Below, in pieces: positions 45,856 through 55,312 of a stretch of DNA of 64,000 bases (position 1 is its first letter; each line of letters begins with the position of its first letter). A model generated the notes under the pieces. The model was given only the letters and a program-made list of their open reading frames with translations. It did not search any database and was not told the DNA's origin. Source of the stretch: Candidatus Babeliales bacterium (GTDB lineage: Bacteria > Babelota > Babeliae > Babelales > JANWKD01). The position numbers were made by a program, and so were the translations under genes. Where the stretch lies: positions 672,001 to 736,000 of the forward strand of contig OY969622.1 in the NCBI GenBank assembly GCA_963701665.1. Direction: 5' to 3'.

Positions 45856-47244
45856 ATGCGCAAAGAATTTTCTGGTGTAATGACTCTTGATGGAGCACAA
45901 AAAAGCAAACAAGCAGAGCATATTTTAGGGCAACGATTGCCCTATAGCGAACAAGCAGAACGTGCTGTTCTAAGTGCTTTATTGCTTAATGATCAACAGA
46001 TTCATGAAGTTGCTGAATTGTTGTTTGCCCAAGATTTTTATCAGCCAGCTCATAAAGTTATTTTCCAAACATTGCTTGATCTGACGCAACAGTTAAAGCG
46101 TATTGATATGGTTATGCTACAAGATGAGCTTGAAAAAAAGGATCAGCTTATTGCTGTTGGTGGCGTCGTCAATCTTATTGCTTTGCAAGAAGATATTCCG
46201 GCGGTTGGGATGCTTCTCCATCATGCTCGTATCATTAAAGAAAAAGCAGTGTTGCGTGATCTGATTAGTTCTGCAACGGATATCATTACCAATTGTTATT
46301 CGCAGAATGATCAAGATATTGATGCAGTTCTTGATGAGGCTGAAAAAACGATTTTTACTATAGCCAACAAACGCTCGCAACAAAGTTTTGTGCAGCTCAA
46401 TATTTGGTTGAAGAAGACATTCCAGCATCTTTCTGATATCAAAGGACACAGCAAAGGTATTACGGGCGTTGCGAGTGGTTATAAAAAATTGGATCAATAT
46501 ACCTCTGGCTTTCAAAAAAGTGATCTGATTGTGCTCGCTGCACGTCCTTCGATGGGTAAAACAGCCTTTGCGCTGAATATTGCTATTAATGCTGCCAACA
46601 ATGGGCAAGTTGTTGGCTTTTTTTCATTAGAAATGTCTGCTGAACAATTAACGTTGCGCCTTCTTTCAATGCAATCTGGTATTGCGCACCATAATATACG
46701 TAATGCAACAATCACCTCAGACGAGTGGCTTGAATTAACGCGCGTTGCAGGTCATTTAGCAAATTTAAAGTTCTTCATTGATGATACTGCTATGGTAAGC
46801 ATCATGGATTTGCGCGCTAAGGCACGAAAACTAAAAGCTGAACATAACGTGCAATTTATTGTTATCGATTATCTACAACTGTTGCATAGCAGCAAAAAAC
46901 ATGAAAATCGCCATCAAGAAGTTTCTGATATTTCCCGTTCTTTAAAAGCATTAGCAAAAGAATTGGGCATTCCTATTATTGCACTTTCCCAATTATCACG
47001 CGCCGTGGATAGTCGTACCGATAAACGCCCCATGCTTTCAGATTTGCGCGAATCCGGTGCTATTGAACAGGATGCGGATGTTATTATGTTCTTATATCGT
47101 GATATCGTGTATAACCAAGATACCGAGCATCCCTTACTCGCCGAACTTATTATTGGCAAACAAAGAAACGGGCCAACGGGTACCGTTTTTCTCAATTTCT
47201 TGCGCGAATATGCTTGCTTTGAAGACGCTGAATTTGAAGAGTAG
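45856..47244 (+). CDS. dnaB: Replicative DNA helicase
   Basis: AARPSMGKT, FSLEM, IDYLQL, LSQLSR, DLRESGAIEQDAD, KQRNGP. Confidence 0.98.
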   Translation: MRKEFSGVMTLDGAQKSKQAEHILGQRLPYSEQAERAVLSALLLNDQQIHEVAELLFAQDFYQPAHKVIFQTLLDLTQQLKRIDMVMLQDELEKKDQLIAVGGVVNLIALQEDIPAVGMLLHHARIIKEKAVLRDLISSATDIITNCYSQNDQDIDAVLDEAEKTIFTIANKRSQQSFVQLNIWLKKTFQHLSDIKGHSKGITGVASGYKKLDQYTSGFQKSDLIVLAARPSMGKTAFALNIAINAANNGQVVGFFSLEMSAEQLTLRLLSMQSGIAHHNIRNATITSDEWLELTRVAGHLANLKFFIDDTAMVSIMDLRAKARKLKAEHNVQFIVIDYLQLLHSSKKHENRHQEVSDISRSLKALAKELGIPIIALSQLSRAVDSRTDKRPMLSDLRESGAIEQDADVIMFLYRDIVYNQDTEHPLLAELIIGKQRNGPTGTVFLNFLREYACFEDAEFEE

Positions 47245-47257
47245 ACTATTAATTCAG

Positions 47258-47587
47258 TTAAACTTTTTTAGATTTTGTTTTATTTGTTGATGTCTTTTTA
47301 GGGGATAAAGAAATTTTCATCGAATAACCCAAGGCATCGGCAACCTGAGCTAATTTTCCAACAGACGTTGTAGTGTACCCACCCTTTTCTAGTCGTGCAA
47401 TAGCAGGTTGTTGAAGATGAAGACGCTTAGCAAGTTCTGATTGAGAATAACGCGCTTTTTTTCTTGCCCTTATAAACTTTTCAAGTAATGCAAATTCTGG
47501 TTCCAATAAGTCATACGCAGCTTTAAGTTCTTCATTTTCTAAAGATCTTTTTTTATATGCTGCAAAGCTTGGTCTCTTATTCTTCAT
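47258..47587 (-). CDS. XRE-HTH antitoxin (HigA-like)
   Basis: SQSELAKRL...QPAIARLEKG; downstream of the toxin gene. Confidence 0.88.
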   Translation of the reverse strand: MKNKRPSFAAYKKRSLENEELKAAYDLLEPEFALLEKFIRARKKARYSQSELAKRLHLQQPAIARLEKGGYTTTSVGKLAQVADALGYSMKISLSPKKTSTNKTKSKKV

Positions 47588-47909
47588 TTTTTACCTCTTT
47601 CATGCGCCGTATTGCTATTTCCATTTCCCTTGGCGGAGTTTTTTGTGTTTTCTTTATAAATTCGCTCAGTACTATTACAATTTTCCCCTTTATAGTACAA
47701 AAAGGAGCACGGGCGATGCCCTCAGGTCCCTTTACTCTAATCTCAAAAAGTCCTTTTTTTAAAGGCTTAATATGTGGCATTCCTAATTCATCAGGACCCA
47801 TCTTTTCAATCAGTTCAGCTATTTTTAAAAATTTAGCTCTTAAATGTACTGGCCATTCATCAATACCATCTTGAACCTTACTATTATAAAACTCTATTTT
47901 CCAGCCCAT
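47577..47909 (-). CDS. RelE/HigB (Gp49-like) toxin
   Basis: MPHIKPL..GLFEIR...FIKKTQKTP..E...A..R. Confidence 0.88.
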   Translation of the reverse strand: MGWKIEFYNSKVQDGIDEWPVHLRAKFLKIAELIEKMGPDELGMPHIKPLKKGLFEIRVKGPEGIARAPFCTIKGKIVIVLSEFIKKTQKTPPREMEIAIRRMKEVKNEE

Positions 47910-48126
47910 ATAAATCTCGCTTTTTTAATAAAAACACCTTAAAATTATAACAAATATATTATATTTTAGCAATATAAATTAGCAATAATTCAAGAAAGCC
48001 AGAAGGAATGACATTAAGCAAAAATAATTTTGATAGGTAAAGGAATAAGCAAGATGCTGACTTAATCAATATAATGTTTTGAGTGATATTAATTTTGTGT
48101 TTTTTTATTTTTAACAGAGTAGCAAA

Positions 48127-48618
48127 ATGATTATTTTAGGTATCGATCCAGGATTTAGTTTTACCGGTTTTGGTATATTAAAAAAAGAAGGGCAGAAATC
48201 ATATCTGCTTGATTGTGGTTATTTGAAAATGTCATCAACAAAGACGTTATCTCAACGTGTTGGCATTTTCCATCAATTTTTTATCGAAAAAATTACAGCG
48301 CACAATGTTACTATCATTGCACTCGAAACACCATTCTTAGGGAAAAATGCACAAAATTTTTTAAAACTTGGTTATTTGCGCGGCATTGTTTATTTATTAG
48401 CTGATACACATCATCTCACGTTACATGAATTTGCTCCGCGCGAAGTGAAACTATCAGTGACCGGTTTTGGCGGCGCTGATAAAGAACAGGTTGCGCGCGT
48501 TATTTTGCGCCTTTTTCCAATGCTTACTGCCCCAGATAAGGCTGATGTTACCGATGCACTCGCCGTTACCTTGTGTTGTTTGTGGCAAAATACTAAACTA
48601 ACGCAGAAAATGTCATAA
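48127..48618 (+). CDS. ruvC: Holliday junction resolvase
   Basis: ILGIDPG, ALE, VK..VTG.G.ADKEQV, DVTDALA. Confidence 0.96.
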   Translation: MIILGIDPGFSFTGFGILKKEGQKSYLLDCGYLKMSSTKTLSQRVGIFHQFFIEKITAHNVTIIALETPFLGKNAQNFLKLGYLRGIVYLLADTHHLTLHEFAPREVKLSVTGFGGADKEQVARVILRLFPMLTAPDKADVTDALAVTLCCLWQNTKLTQKMS

Positions 48619-48635
48619 CTACACGAAGGAGCAAT

Positions 48636-48980
48636 ATGAAAATAGTGATTTTTGTAAGTATTTTTTTAGTGATAACTGTTAGAGCAATGGATAAAGAGGG
48701 AGAAATCCTTTTTTATAGAAAGTTTAATGGAACTGAAAAAGTTAGAAAATTTAAGCAGTCAACCGAAGGCAAGCGATACATAGTTTCAAGAATAGAAGAT
48801 GCGTCTACGAAAAAAGTGATATGGAAAGGTAAAGTGGTTAACGAGGTGTCACCATTTAAAAAAACTCCAAAGCCAATGTTACTTGAAGCATCTAGCGCAA
48901 AAGAGAAATACGATAAATTATTCCTGGAATTCAAAGAAACAGTATTAATACCTGCACAGATCTTAGAATATTACCAATAA
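48636..48980 (+). CDS. Small exported protein, distant member of the 35657 family
   Basis: AAGGAG RBS; signal peptide ending VRA-M. Confidence 0.7.
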   Translation: MKIVIFVSIFLVITVRAMDKEGEILFYRKFNGTEKVRKFKQSTEGKRYIVSRIEDASTKKVIWKGKVVNEVSPFKKTPKPMLLEASSAKEKYDKLFLEFKETVLIPAQILEYYQ

Positions 48981-49025
48981 GGAAATTCTCTCCTCAAAAG
49001 AGGGGATTTTTTTAATAAAAATTTT

Positions 49026-49053
49026 ACGTCTGATAATATATATTATGTTAAAA
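49026..49053 (+). other. dif site (XerC/XerD recombination site)
   Basis: ACGTCTGATAA-TATATA-TTATGTTAAAA versus E. coli GGTGCGCATAA-TGTATA-TTATGTTAAAT; intergenic. Confidence 0.85.
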
Positions 49054-49072
49054 TAATAGCTAAATAAATGGA

Positions 49073-50683
49073 TTAAAAAGAAGAAAAAGAACTCAATGGA
49101 TTCAGAACAGAATTAAGTCGTTGCTGAATCCATTGAGAATTAGAAGAAAAAAGTAGCGGTAATAAGGAGAACTTATCAGACTGTACCTGCACAAACATCT
49201 TCTCAACAATATACTCAACACCATCGGAAAGAGATTCAAAACAAGGAACTACATCAGAACTCATAAAATTTATTAATAAGGTATTAATCATTATTAATAA
49301 ACGATCAAAATCCCTATCAAAATCACATAAAAACCTCGATTCTAACATCATTCTTTCCCTAAAACGACACAGGGCATGCATTATAAACAGTGCACAACGC
49401 ATATCTATCGTGCCCAATAAGGTTTTTGTAACCCACTCCTGCGTTGGCTCAAGCCGTACCGTTGCTTGATAACAGATCTTCAAAATTTGTTCCCGAGTCA
49501 AACGCGTGCCAAATTCACCCAACACTAAAGCCATGAATCCTGTTATCATAGCAGCTGCACATGATGTCCCATGAAAAAAAGCATACTCCTTCTTGAAATT
49601 ATCAGTGACTAAAGTAGTTATGATGTCACATCCTGGTGCGACTATTTTTGGCCCTTGATAGCGTTCGTACTGTGAAAATGGCGCTATGCAATAATGCTGA
49701 GTATCATCAAGCTTAAAAGCCCCGACATCAAAAGCGATATGCGCTAAACGAGCGGGATACGCTTCATGCGCCATACCTACCCCATTGCCAGAAGATGCGA
49801 CAACATAGGCAATACTCCTCATTACGCGCGCAATTTCATTATCAAGAATTTCATCGCGCGCACTTCCTTCATCAATTTTCAAACTAATATTAACTAAGGG
49901 AATGTTGAGCTCCTGAACTTTTTTAACTGATTGGAGCAGTATTTTTTTAGTACTGTTACCATAATCATCACACGCGCGAATGATAATAACATCAGCATTT
50001 GGCGCAATGCCTATTGGCCCTAAGAGCGGATGCTCTTTGCCTGCTATAATGCCGCACAATGCCGTGCCATGTTGAGCGCGCATATCATTAGTGGTAGTGA
50101 TGGGCAGCAATTCACGCACATACCAATTTTTGTCTGTGCCGATTCTACACAAATCAAAACAATGTTTTTTATGCGCATCATCTATTAGTTCTTTACAATC
50201 CAAAGGAAAAGTAACATCACGAGAATTATAATACGCGTGTATCATTTCCACTGGCGTACGTTCAGGCATTGGATGCACGCGTTGGGCAATATCAAGAACG
50301 AGTGCATAAGCATCTTGGTTGGCAAAATTTAAGAAGTCACTCGTTCCTAAGGAAATATGCGGCAAGGCAGAATGTAAGGCATAACGGTTATCATTCGTTT
50401 TGCGCACACAAATACCGGTATCGATAACCGCGATCTTGACACCCGCGCCTTTTTTTGGTGCGAGTTGCCACAAACTGAAAGTATGAGCGAGTGGACTATT
50501 TTTTGACGCGCGCGTTGCGCGTAAACCGACCGTCGGCACGCGATGATGCCAAAAAAGACATTGTTGTGCACGCGTTTGACTTGTAGAGGTGCGTATGGCA
50601 TCAAGTTCATGGGCGGTAAATGAATGCCCTTGTAGATGGCTTACCGTTATACACATGAGTATCAGCTTTTTTGCGCGCTGCAT
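49073..50683 (-). CDS. Exported subtilisin-like (S8) serine peptidase
   Basis: IAVIDTG, HGTALCGII, SSGN, GTSCAA. Confidence 0.9.
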   Translation of the reverse strand: MQRAKKLILMCITVSHLQGHSFTAHELDAIRTSTSQTRAQQCLFWHHRVPTVGLRATRASKNSPLAHTFSLWQLAPKKGAGVKIAVIDTGICVRKTNDNRYALHSALPHISLGTSDFLNFANQDAYALVLDIAQRVHPMPERTPVEMIHAYYNSRDVTFPLDCKELIDDAHKKHCFDLCRIGTDKNWYVRELLPITTTNDMRAQHGTALCGIIAGKEHPLLGPIGIAPNADVIIIRACDDYGNSTKKILLQSVKKVQELNIPLVNISLKIDEGSARDEILDNEIARVMRSIAYVVASSGNGVGMAHEAYPARLAHIAFDVGAFKLDDTQHYCIAPFSQYERYQGPKIVAPGCDIITTLVTDNFKKEYAFFHGTSCAAAMITGFMALVLGEFGTRLTREQILKICYQATVRLEPTQEWVTKTLLGTIDMRCALFIMHALCRFRERMMLESRFLCDFDRDFDRLLIMINTLLINFMSSDVVPCFESLSDGVEYIVEKMFVQVQSDKFSLLPLLFSSNSQWIQQRLNSVLNPLSSFSSF

Positions 50684-50834
50684 GAACGTACCTCCTCAAG
50701 AAACTGCCCGCATTCATCATACAAATAGCACATCACTAGACACAAGATTCGCGTGGGAATCGCAATTTTATTGCGCGCTGTAATTTCTATTTGTTAATAT
50801 TTGTATGAAGTTCAAGAGAGGTGAAAGGAGTTAT

Positions 50835-51494
50835 ATGATAAAGAGACCATTGTTAAGTACTTTGCTAGCGTTAGTGATACTGCCCCAATGTTACAATGTA
50901 CCATCATCATTGAAAGAGGAAATCAATGAATTGTATGGGGCTATTTCAGGATTTGGCATATCCAATGAAGATACTAATCTCATAGAATCACATGGATGTG
51001 CTTCCACCTACGGCGAGATTACCTTTGAAGGCGTTGAAACGCTGCTTAAACTCCTCAAATTAAAAGATACCGACGTTTTTTATGATTTGGGGTGTGGCGT
51101 AGGCAAGATGGTTGTTCAAGTATATTTAGATTCGCCCGTAAAAAAGAGCGCTGGCATAGAACTTTCTAGCGAACGTGCCGAAAGTGCCCTCAAGATCAAA
51201 CAGCAATTACAGGTAGATAATAAGATAAAAGCGGGAAGAACCTTAGTGTTTTATAAAGAAAGCTTCTTGGATGTAGACTTATCGGATGCAACCGTTATCT
51301 ACTTAGCCTCAACGTGCTTTTCCGATGATATTATGAAAAAAGTTACCGATAGACTAGCAACACTCAAAAAAGGACTGCGCGTTGCAACGCTCAAAAAATT
51401 GGCTGAAAATGATAAATTTGCCTTGCTTGATCAGTTTATTTTACCAATGACCTGGTCTGATAGTACCCCCGTCTACCTCTATGAATTACAGTAA
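50835..51494 (+). CDS. DOT1-like class I SAM methyltransferase with signal peptide
   Basis: Start 50835 after GAAAGGAG; YGEIT, DVFYDLGCGVGK, GIELS..R, ATVIY. Confidence 0.8.
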   Translation: MIKRPLLSTLLALVILPQCYNVPSSLKEEINELYGAISGFGISNEDTNLIESHGCASTYGEITFEGVETLLKLLKLKDTDVFYDLGCGVGKMVVQVYLDSPVKKSAGIELSSERAESALKIKQQLQVDNKIKAGRTLVFYKESFLDVDLSDATVIYLASTCFSDDIMKKVTDRLATLKKGLRVATLKKLAENDKFALLDQFILPMTWSDSTPVYLYELQ

Positions 51495-51585
51495 AAAAAA
51501 ACCACCGCATTGATCGAAATCAATGCGGTGGAAAAAAGGAGAGTAGTAATGAAGCCTAATTAAAATCAGTATAATTGTTACTGAT
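51493..51585 (-). ncRNA. Candidate ~93-nt sRNA with anti-SD/anti-AUG segment
   Basis: TTGACA-16-CATACT promoter; 5' hairpin; cuucauuacuacucuccuu; 13-bp hairpin with UUCG loop and U9. Confidence 0.6.
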
Positions 51586-51745
51586 GGTTAAAGTATGAAG
51601 TTTATTATAATAATGTCAAATTTTATAGAAAAAAAACTATGTTATTATTGCTATAAAAACTTTACTTATTACTAGTAGGTTATAGTCTTTTTTATTACCT
51701 GTCAATAGGCCACAAAATGAAAAGTATCACCAGGAGCCAAACATT

Positions 51746-52819
51746 TCACATTGTCAATTTTATATGCTGCGTATCACGCGATAGGAGAAATTCTTCAAAG
51801 GCACCGTCTGTCGATGGAGAGGTAAAAAACAGTTGATTGTTCATTGTTTGTAATATGCCAAGGAGAATTTTACTGCGGATGGGATCAAAATCTGTCATAA
51901 AATCGTCGAGTAAAAAAATCGCAGAACCTTTATGAGCAAGAATAAGTTTCATCTGCGCTATTTTTAGCAATATAAGAATCAATTTTTGTTGCCCGCGCGA
52001 GGCAAATGATCGCGATGTTTTATGACAAAATTCAATAGCAATGTCATCTAAATGAATACCAAAAAGTGATCTTTTAAACCGTTGCTCTTGCAAAAAAAGA
52101 TCGTTATGCCCCTGCATAAATTGGTCAAACGTATCATAAAGATTTTTTTTGGGTTGGTAGGTCAAACGAATCGTAATTGTATCATCAAACCATGTATGGA
52201 GCAATTCATTAGTTTGGCATTGTAATTGATGCAAAAAAATAGTTCGTTGTTCTTGAATGCGTTTTGAATATTCCCATACTTGCTGAGTCCACAAGGTAAA
52301 CATATCCCGATGATGATACCCTTTTAAGATAAGTGCGTTGCGATTATCTAAAACATGTCTATATTTTTTCAACTCGGTAAGATATTCAGGAAATGCTAGT
52401 GCCACTGCTTGATCAATGAATAATCTTCTTTGTTCTGGTCCGCCTTTTATAATATAAAGATCATCTTCGGTAATGGTAATAATACGGTATTGTTGTGCAA
52501 GATCTTTATACGAGGTAATAACTTTTTCATCGATTTTAACGAGTCGCTTTGTTCCCGAGCAGCCAACATGCAGTGTGTATGGCACTAAATCTTGATCGAT
52601 AGCCATTTTAATAAAAAAATTTGTTGCATCAAACTGTATCAGTTCGCGCGGCAGATGGGTACGAAACGAGCGCAGATAACACGCGTAATGGATCGCTTCT
52701 AATAATGATGATTTACCAGATCCATTTTGACCAGTCACCAGAACGAGTGGCTTTTCAATAGTAAACGAGCTGTCTTGAAAGCAGCGAAAATTTTTGAGAA
52801 CTATATGATATATGCGCAC
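51746..52819 (-). CDS. recF: DNA repair protein RecF
   Basis: KNFRCF, GQNGSGKSSLLEAI, GGPEQRR, SRGQQK, LLDD. Confidence 0.95.
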   Translation of the reverse strand: MRIYHIVLKNFRCFQDSSFTIEKPLVLVTGQNGSGKSSLLEAIHYACYLRSFRTHLPRELIQFDATNFFIKMAIDQDLVPYTLHVGCSGTKRLVKIDEKVITSYKDLAQQYRIITITEDDLYIIKGGPEQRRLFIDQAVALAFPEYLTELKKYRHVLDNRNALILKGYHHRDMFTLWTQQVWEYSKRIQEQRTIFLHQLQCQTNELLHTWFDDTITIRLTYQPKKNLYDTFDQFMQGHNDLFLQEQRFKRSLFGIHLDDIAIEFCHKTSRSFASRGQQKLILILLKIAQMKLILAHKGSAIFLLDDFMTDFDPIRSKILLGILQTMNNQLFFTSPSTDGAFEEFLLSRDTQHIKLTM

Positions 52820-52838
52820 AATACTACTGCAACAATTA

Positions 52839-53960
52839 TTAGGTCGTCGTTGGGGAAACGGGCATGACCAAATAGGTCATCGTATAAGAATCGTGCACTG
52901 CTTCAAAAATAATAGGCTTTGAAGAGCTCTTTAAATAAAATTTGATTTGTGCATCTGAAAATGCTTGCAACCCATTTAATAAATAGGGCGCATAAAAGCG
53001 AATGTCCAACGCAGAACCTAAAAAGCCGTGGAGGGGCAAACTTTCTTGCAATTTACCAACTTCCTTATTTTGCATGGCAACTTCAAGAAGTTCTTTATCA
53101 AAAGCAAATTTAGTTGCTAAAAACTGTCCTGATAATAAACAGGCTGAACGGCGCAATGTTTTAATAAAATGGGAGCGATCAACAACAGCAGGCGTAAACT
53201 CATTTTTCTGCAAAATAGCTTGATAATGGGGAAATTGATCAACAAGTAACTTGGTAAAAAAGTTAAATGATTCACCAGAAAAAACAAGCTGATTGCCACA
53301 AATGCCAACAAAAATCATTTTTGTCGTATTATTTTCAAGCACTTTTTTAATTTCAAAAATAGCTCGGCGTGGGAGTAACCATTTTTTTTCTTCATGTAAG
53401 GTAACTGTTGCTGTATGCACTTGTGCAAGACAATGACCATCGGTAGTTGTCATAGTTAAACCTTGTGGCGAAATTTCTAATAAGAGCCCATTGAGTGCCG
53501 GGTTAGCATTATTTTGTGGAATTAAAAAAGCAACTTTTTCAAGCATATCAACAAAGAACTGTGCATCTAAATGCATAAGATTTTCGATGCGCTCAGGAAA
53601 TGGTGGAAATGTTTCTGCATCTTTAATATGTAATGAAAGTTGCACCTGGCCTGATTGTAAAGAAAGCTGGTTATCTTCGAAGGTAAATACAATTTGATCG
53701 TACAGTTCTTTTACAAGATCAAAAATACGTTTGCCTGATACTAAAAATGATTGCGAATCATCAATATCACTGCTCTCAAGCATACAGTTTGATTGTAAAC
53801 TTATTTCTAAATCAGTTGATTTAAGAATTAATTCTCGATGGCCTATTTGGAACAATATTGATGCAGTCGTATCAAGGGTAGTTCGCTTTGTGCAAATTGG
53901 TTGCATAGAAGAAAGCATCCCCAGCATCGTTTTTTGATCAATAGTAAACGTATGAGCCAT
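52839..53960 (-). CDS. dnaN: DNA polymerase III beta clamp
   Basis: STDLEI, LNGLL, TTDGH, FP.Y, YLVMP; adjacent to recF. Confidence 0.95.
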   Translation of the reverse strand: MAHTFTIDQKTMLGMLSSMQPICTKRTTLDTTASILFQIGHRELILKSTDLEISLQSNCMLESSDIDDSQSFLVSGKRIFDLVKELYDQIVFTFEDNQLSLQSGQVQLSLHIKDAETFPPFPERIENLMHLDAQFFVDMLEKVAFLIPQNNANPALNGLLLEISPQGLTMTTTDGHCLAQVHTATVTLHEEKKWLLPRRAIFEIKKVLENNTTKMIFVGICGNQLVFSGESFNFFTKLLVDQFPHYQAILQKNEFTPAVVDRSHFIKTLRRSACLLSGQFLATKFAFDKELLEVAMQNKEVGKLQESLPLHGFLGSALDIRFYAPYLLNGLQAFSDAQIKFYLKSSSKPIIFEAVHDSYTMTYLVMPVSPTTT

Positions 53961-54062
53961 GAAAATTGTTCCTTGAAAATGAAATTCTGAAATACAAAGA
54001 GCAGCTAGAGTAACATGATGTATGTAAGTATACTATACTACTCTTTTGTGTGCAAAATTATA

Positions 54063-55067
54063 TCAAGAAACGGTGACATTAAAGGCGCGCAATATACCCA
54101 AAATTTCTTTCACACCAATACCAGCTTTATGTACTAATAAATATGACGGAACTATGGTAGGAGCAAACTTTTGCCAATATTGTTTTCGTTTATAAAGTTT
54201 CAGTATTTTTTTCGTAAGATTAAAACAGTATGGAGCGAGAAATGTTGCGCATCTTCCTAATCCTTCGATCGTGCGCAATTGCGCAACAGGTAGCGTACCA
54301 AAAGAAAAATAATTGCATCCTTCCGCGCGTAACACGGCGAGCGTTTGTAACAATATATATTCAGATGTGTATTTTGGCGCATCGGGTGCATAAAAGAGTG
54401 CGTTTATCGTCCATCCGTTAAAGATATCAAGTCTATTTAAAATAAGGGCACCAATAAAATTATCATTATTTTTCACATAAAAAAATCGCTTATTAGCGCG
54501 ATGAGAAAAAATATTAACATTCATCAGTGATGTTTGAGGGCCTTTGCGTTCTTGCAACCAACTTTGGCCTAACGCTTCCATGGAATGTTCAAGTTGATTA
54601 TCAATGCCACGATACTCGTGAAATTGTAGATTATGTTTTTGGAGAATGCTTGCGATATTGCGCAAAGAAGAAGCATGCTTGCCACGCAAAGAAAGTGGGT
54701 CAACTTGGGGATTAACAATAATCTCATCGCCCATACTCAATGCCGTTTTTATGTAACCGTGCTCAGATGCCCACTTTTTAAAATGGTCAGAAGCTAATAA
54801 ATACATAATACTTTTTTTCTGAGCAAGGAAATGAGCATGAAATTTTGCTACCAATAAAGGCATATTGTGCGGATCACAAAGAGGGTCACCAAAAACCAAT
54901 ACACAACCAGCTTCATCTTTATAGCCCATAATACCATCAATACCAGGAGCCTGGAAAATTTTCATGGTACTATCAAAAATAGCTATTGAGGGCGCTCTGC
55001 CCCATTTCTGTATGTAAGGTAAGACGAGGTGTTCTTCTTGCAGTGTAGCAAAGGTATTTTGATTCAT
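54063..55067 (-). CDS. Stand-alone MprF C-terminal-like (DUF2156) aminoacyltransferase
   Basis: LVFGDPLC, LRG...LRN, W..KFAP; no flippase TM domain. Confidence 0.8.
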   Translation of the reverse strand: MNQNTFATLQEEHLVLPYIQKWGRAPSIAIFDSTMKIFQAPGIDGIMGYKDEAGCVLVFGDPLCDPHNMPLLVAKFHAHFLAQKKSIMYLLASDHFKKWASEHGYIKTALSMGDEIIVNPQVDPLSLRGKHASSLRNIASILQKHNLQFHEYRGIDNQLEHSMEALGQSWLQERKGPQTSLMNVNIFSHRANKRFFYVKNNDNFIGALILNRLDIFNGWTINALFYAPDAPKYTSEYILLQTLAVLRAEGCNYFSFGTLPVAQLRTIEGLGRCATFLAPYCFNLTKKILKLYKRKQYWQKFAPTIVPSYLLVHKAGIGVKEILGILRAFNVTVS

Positions 55068-55312
55068 TAAAGCCCCCAATTTTATTCCATATTAGTATAC
55101 CAAAGAGGATAAAAAAAGATAGGGGACAAAAAATAGCTTTTACCTAAATTCCCTGATATTCTGAGTACATAAAAACCTTCTTATTTTTCTTTAAAGACTA
55201 TGAAAATCAATACTATATTCTTAACCTCTCCTCATTATATTCCCGCATAGGGTATAAATTTACTATTTTTCACTAGAGATGAGTTACTTGGTTAAAGAAT
55301 TAAAGGATTTTC

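Noticed and set aside
51536..51563. Plus-strand micro-ORF MKPN* with a strong RBS
   Set aside because: Only 4 codons; the promoter, UUCG loop and U tract all favour the minus-strand RNA. Kept as the alternative explanation.
53961..54062. oriC upstream of dnaN
   Set aside because: Only ~100 bp; no TTATCCACA boxes recognised; no dnaA.
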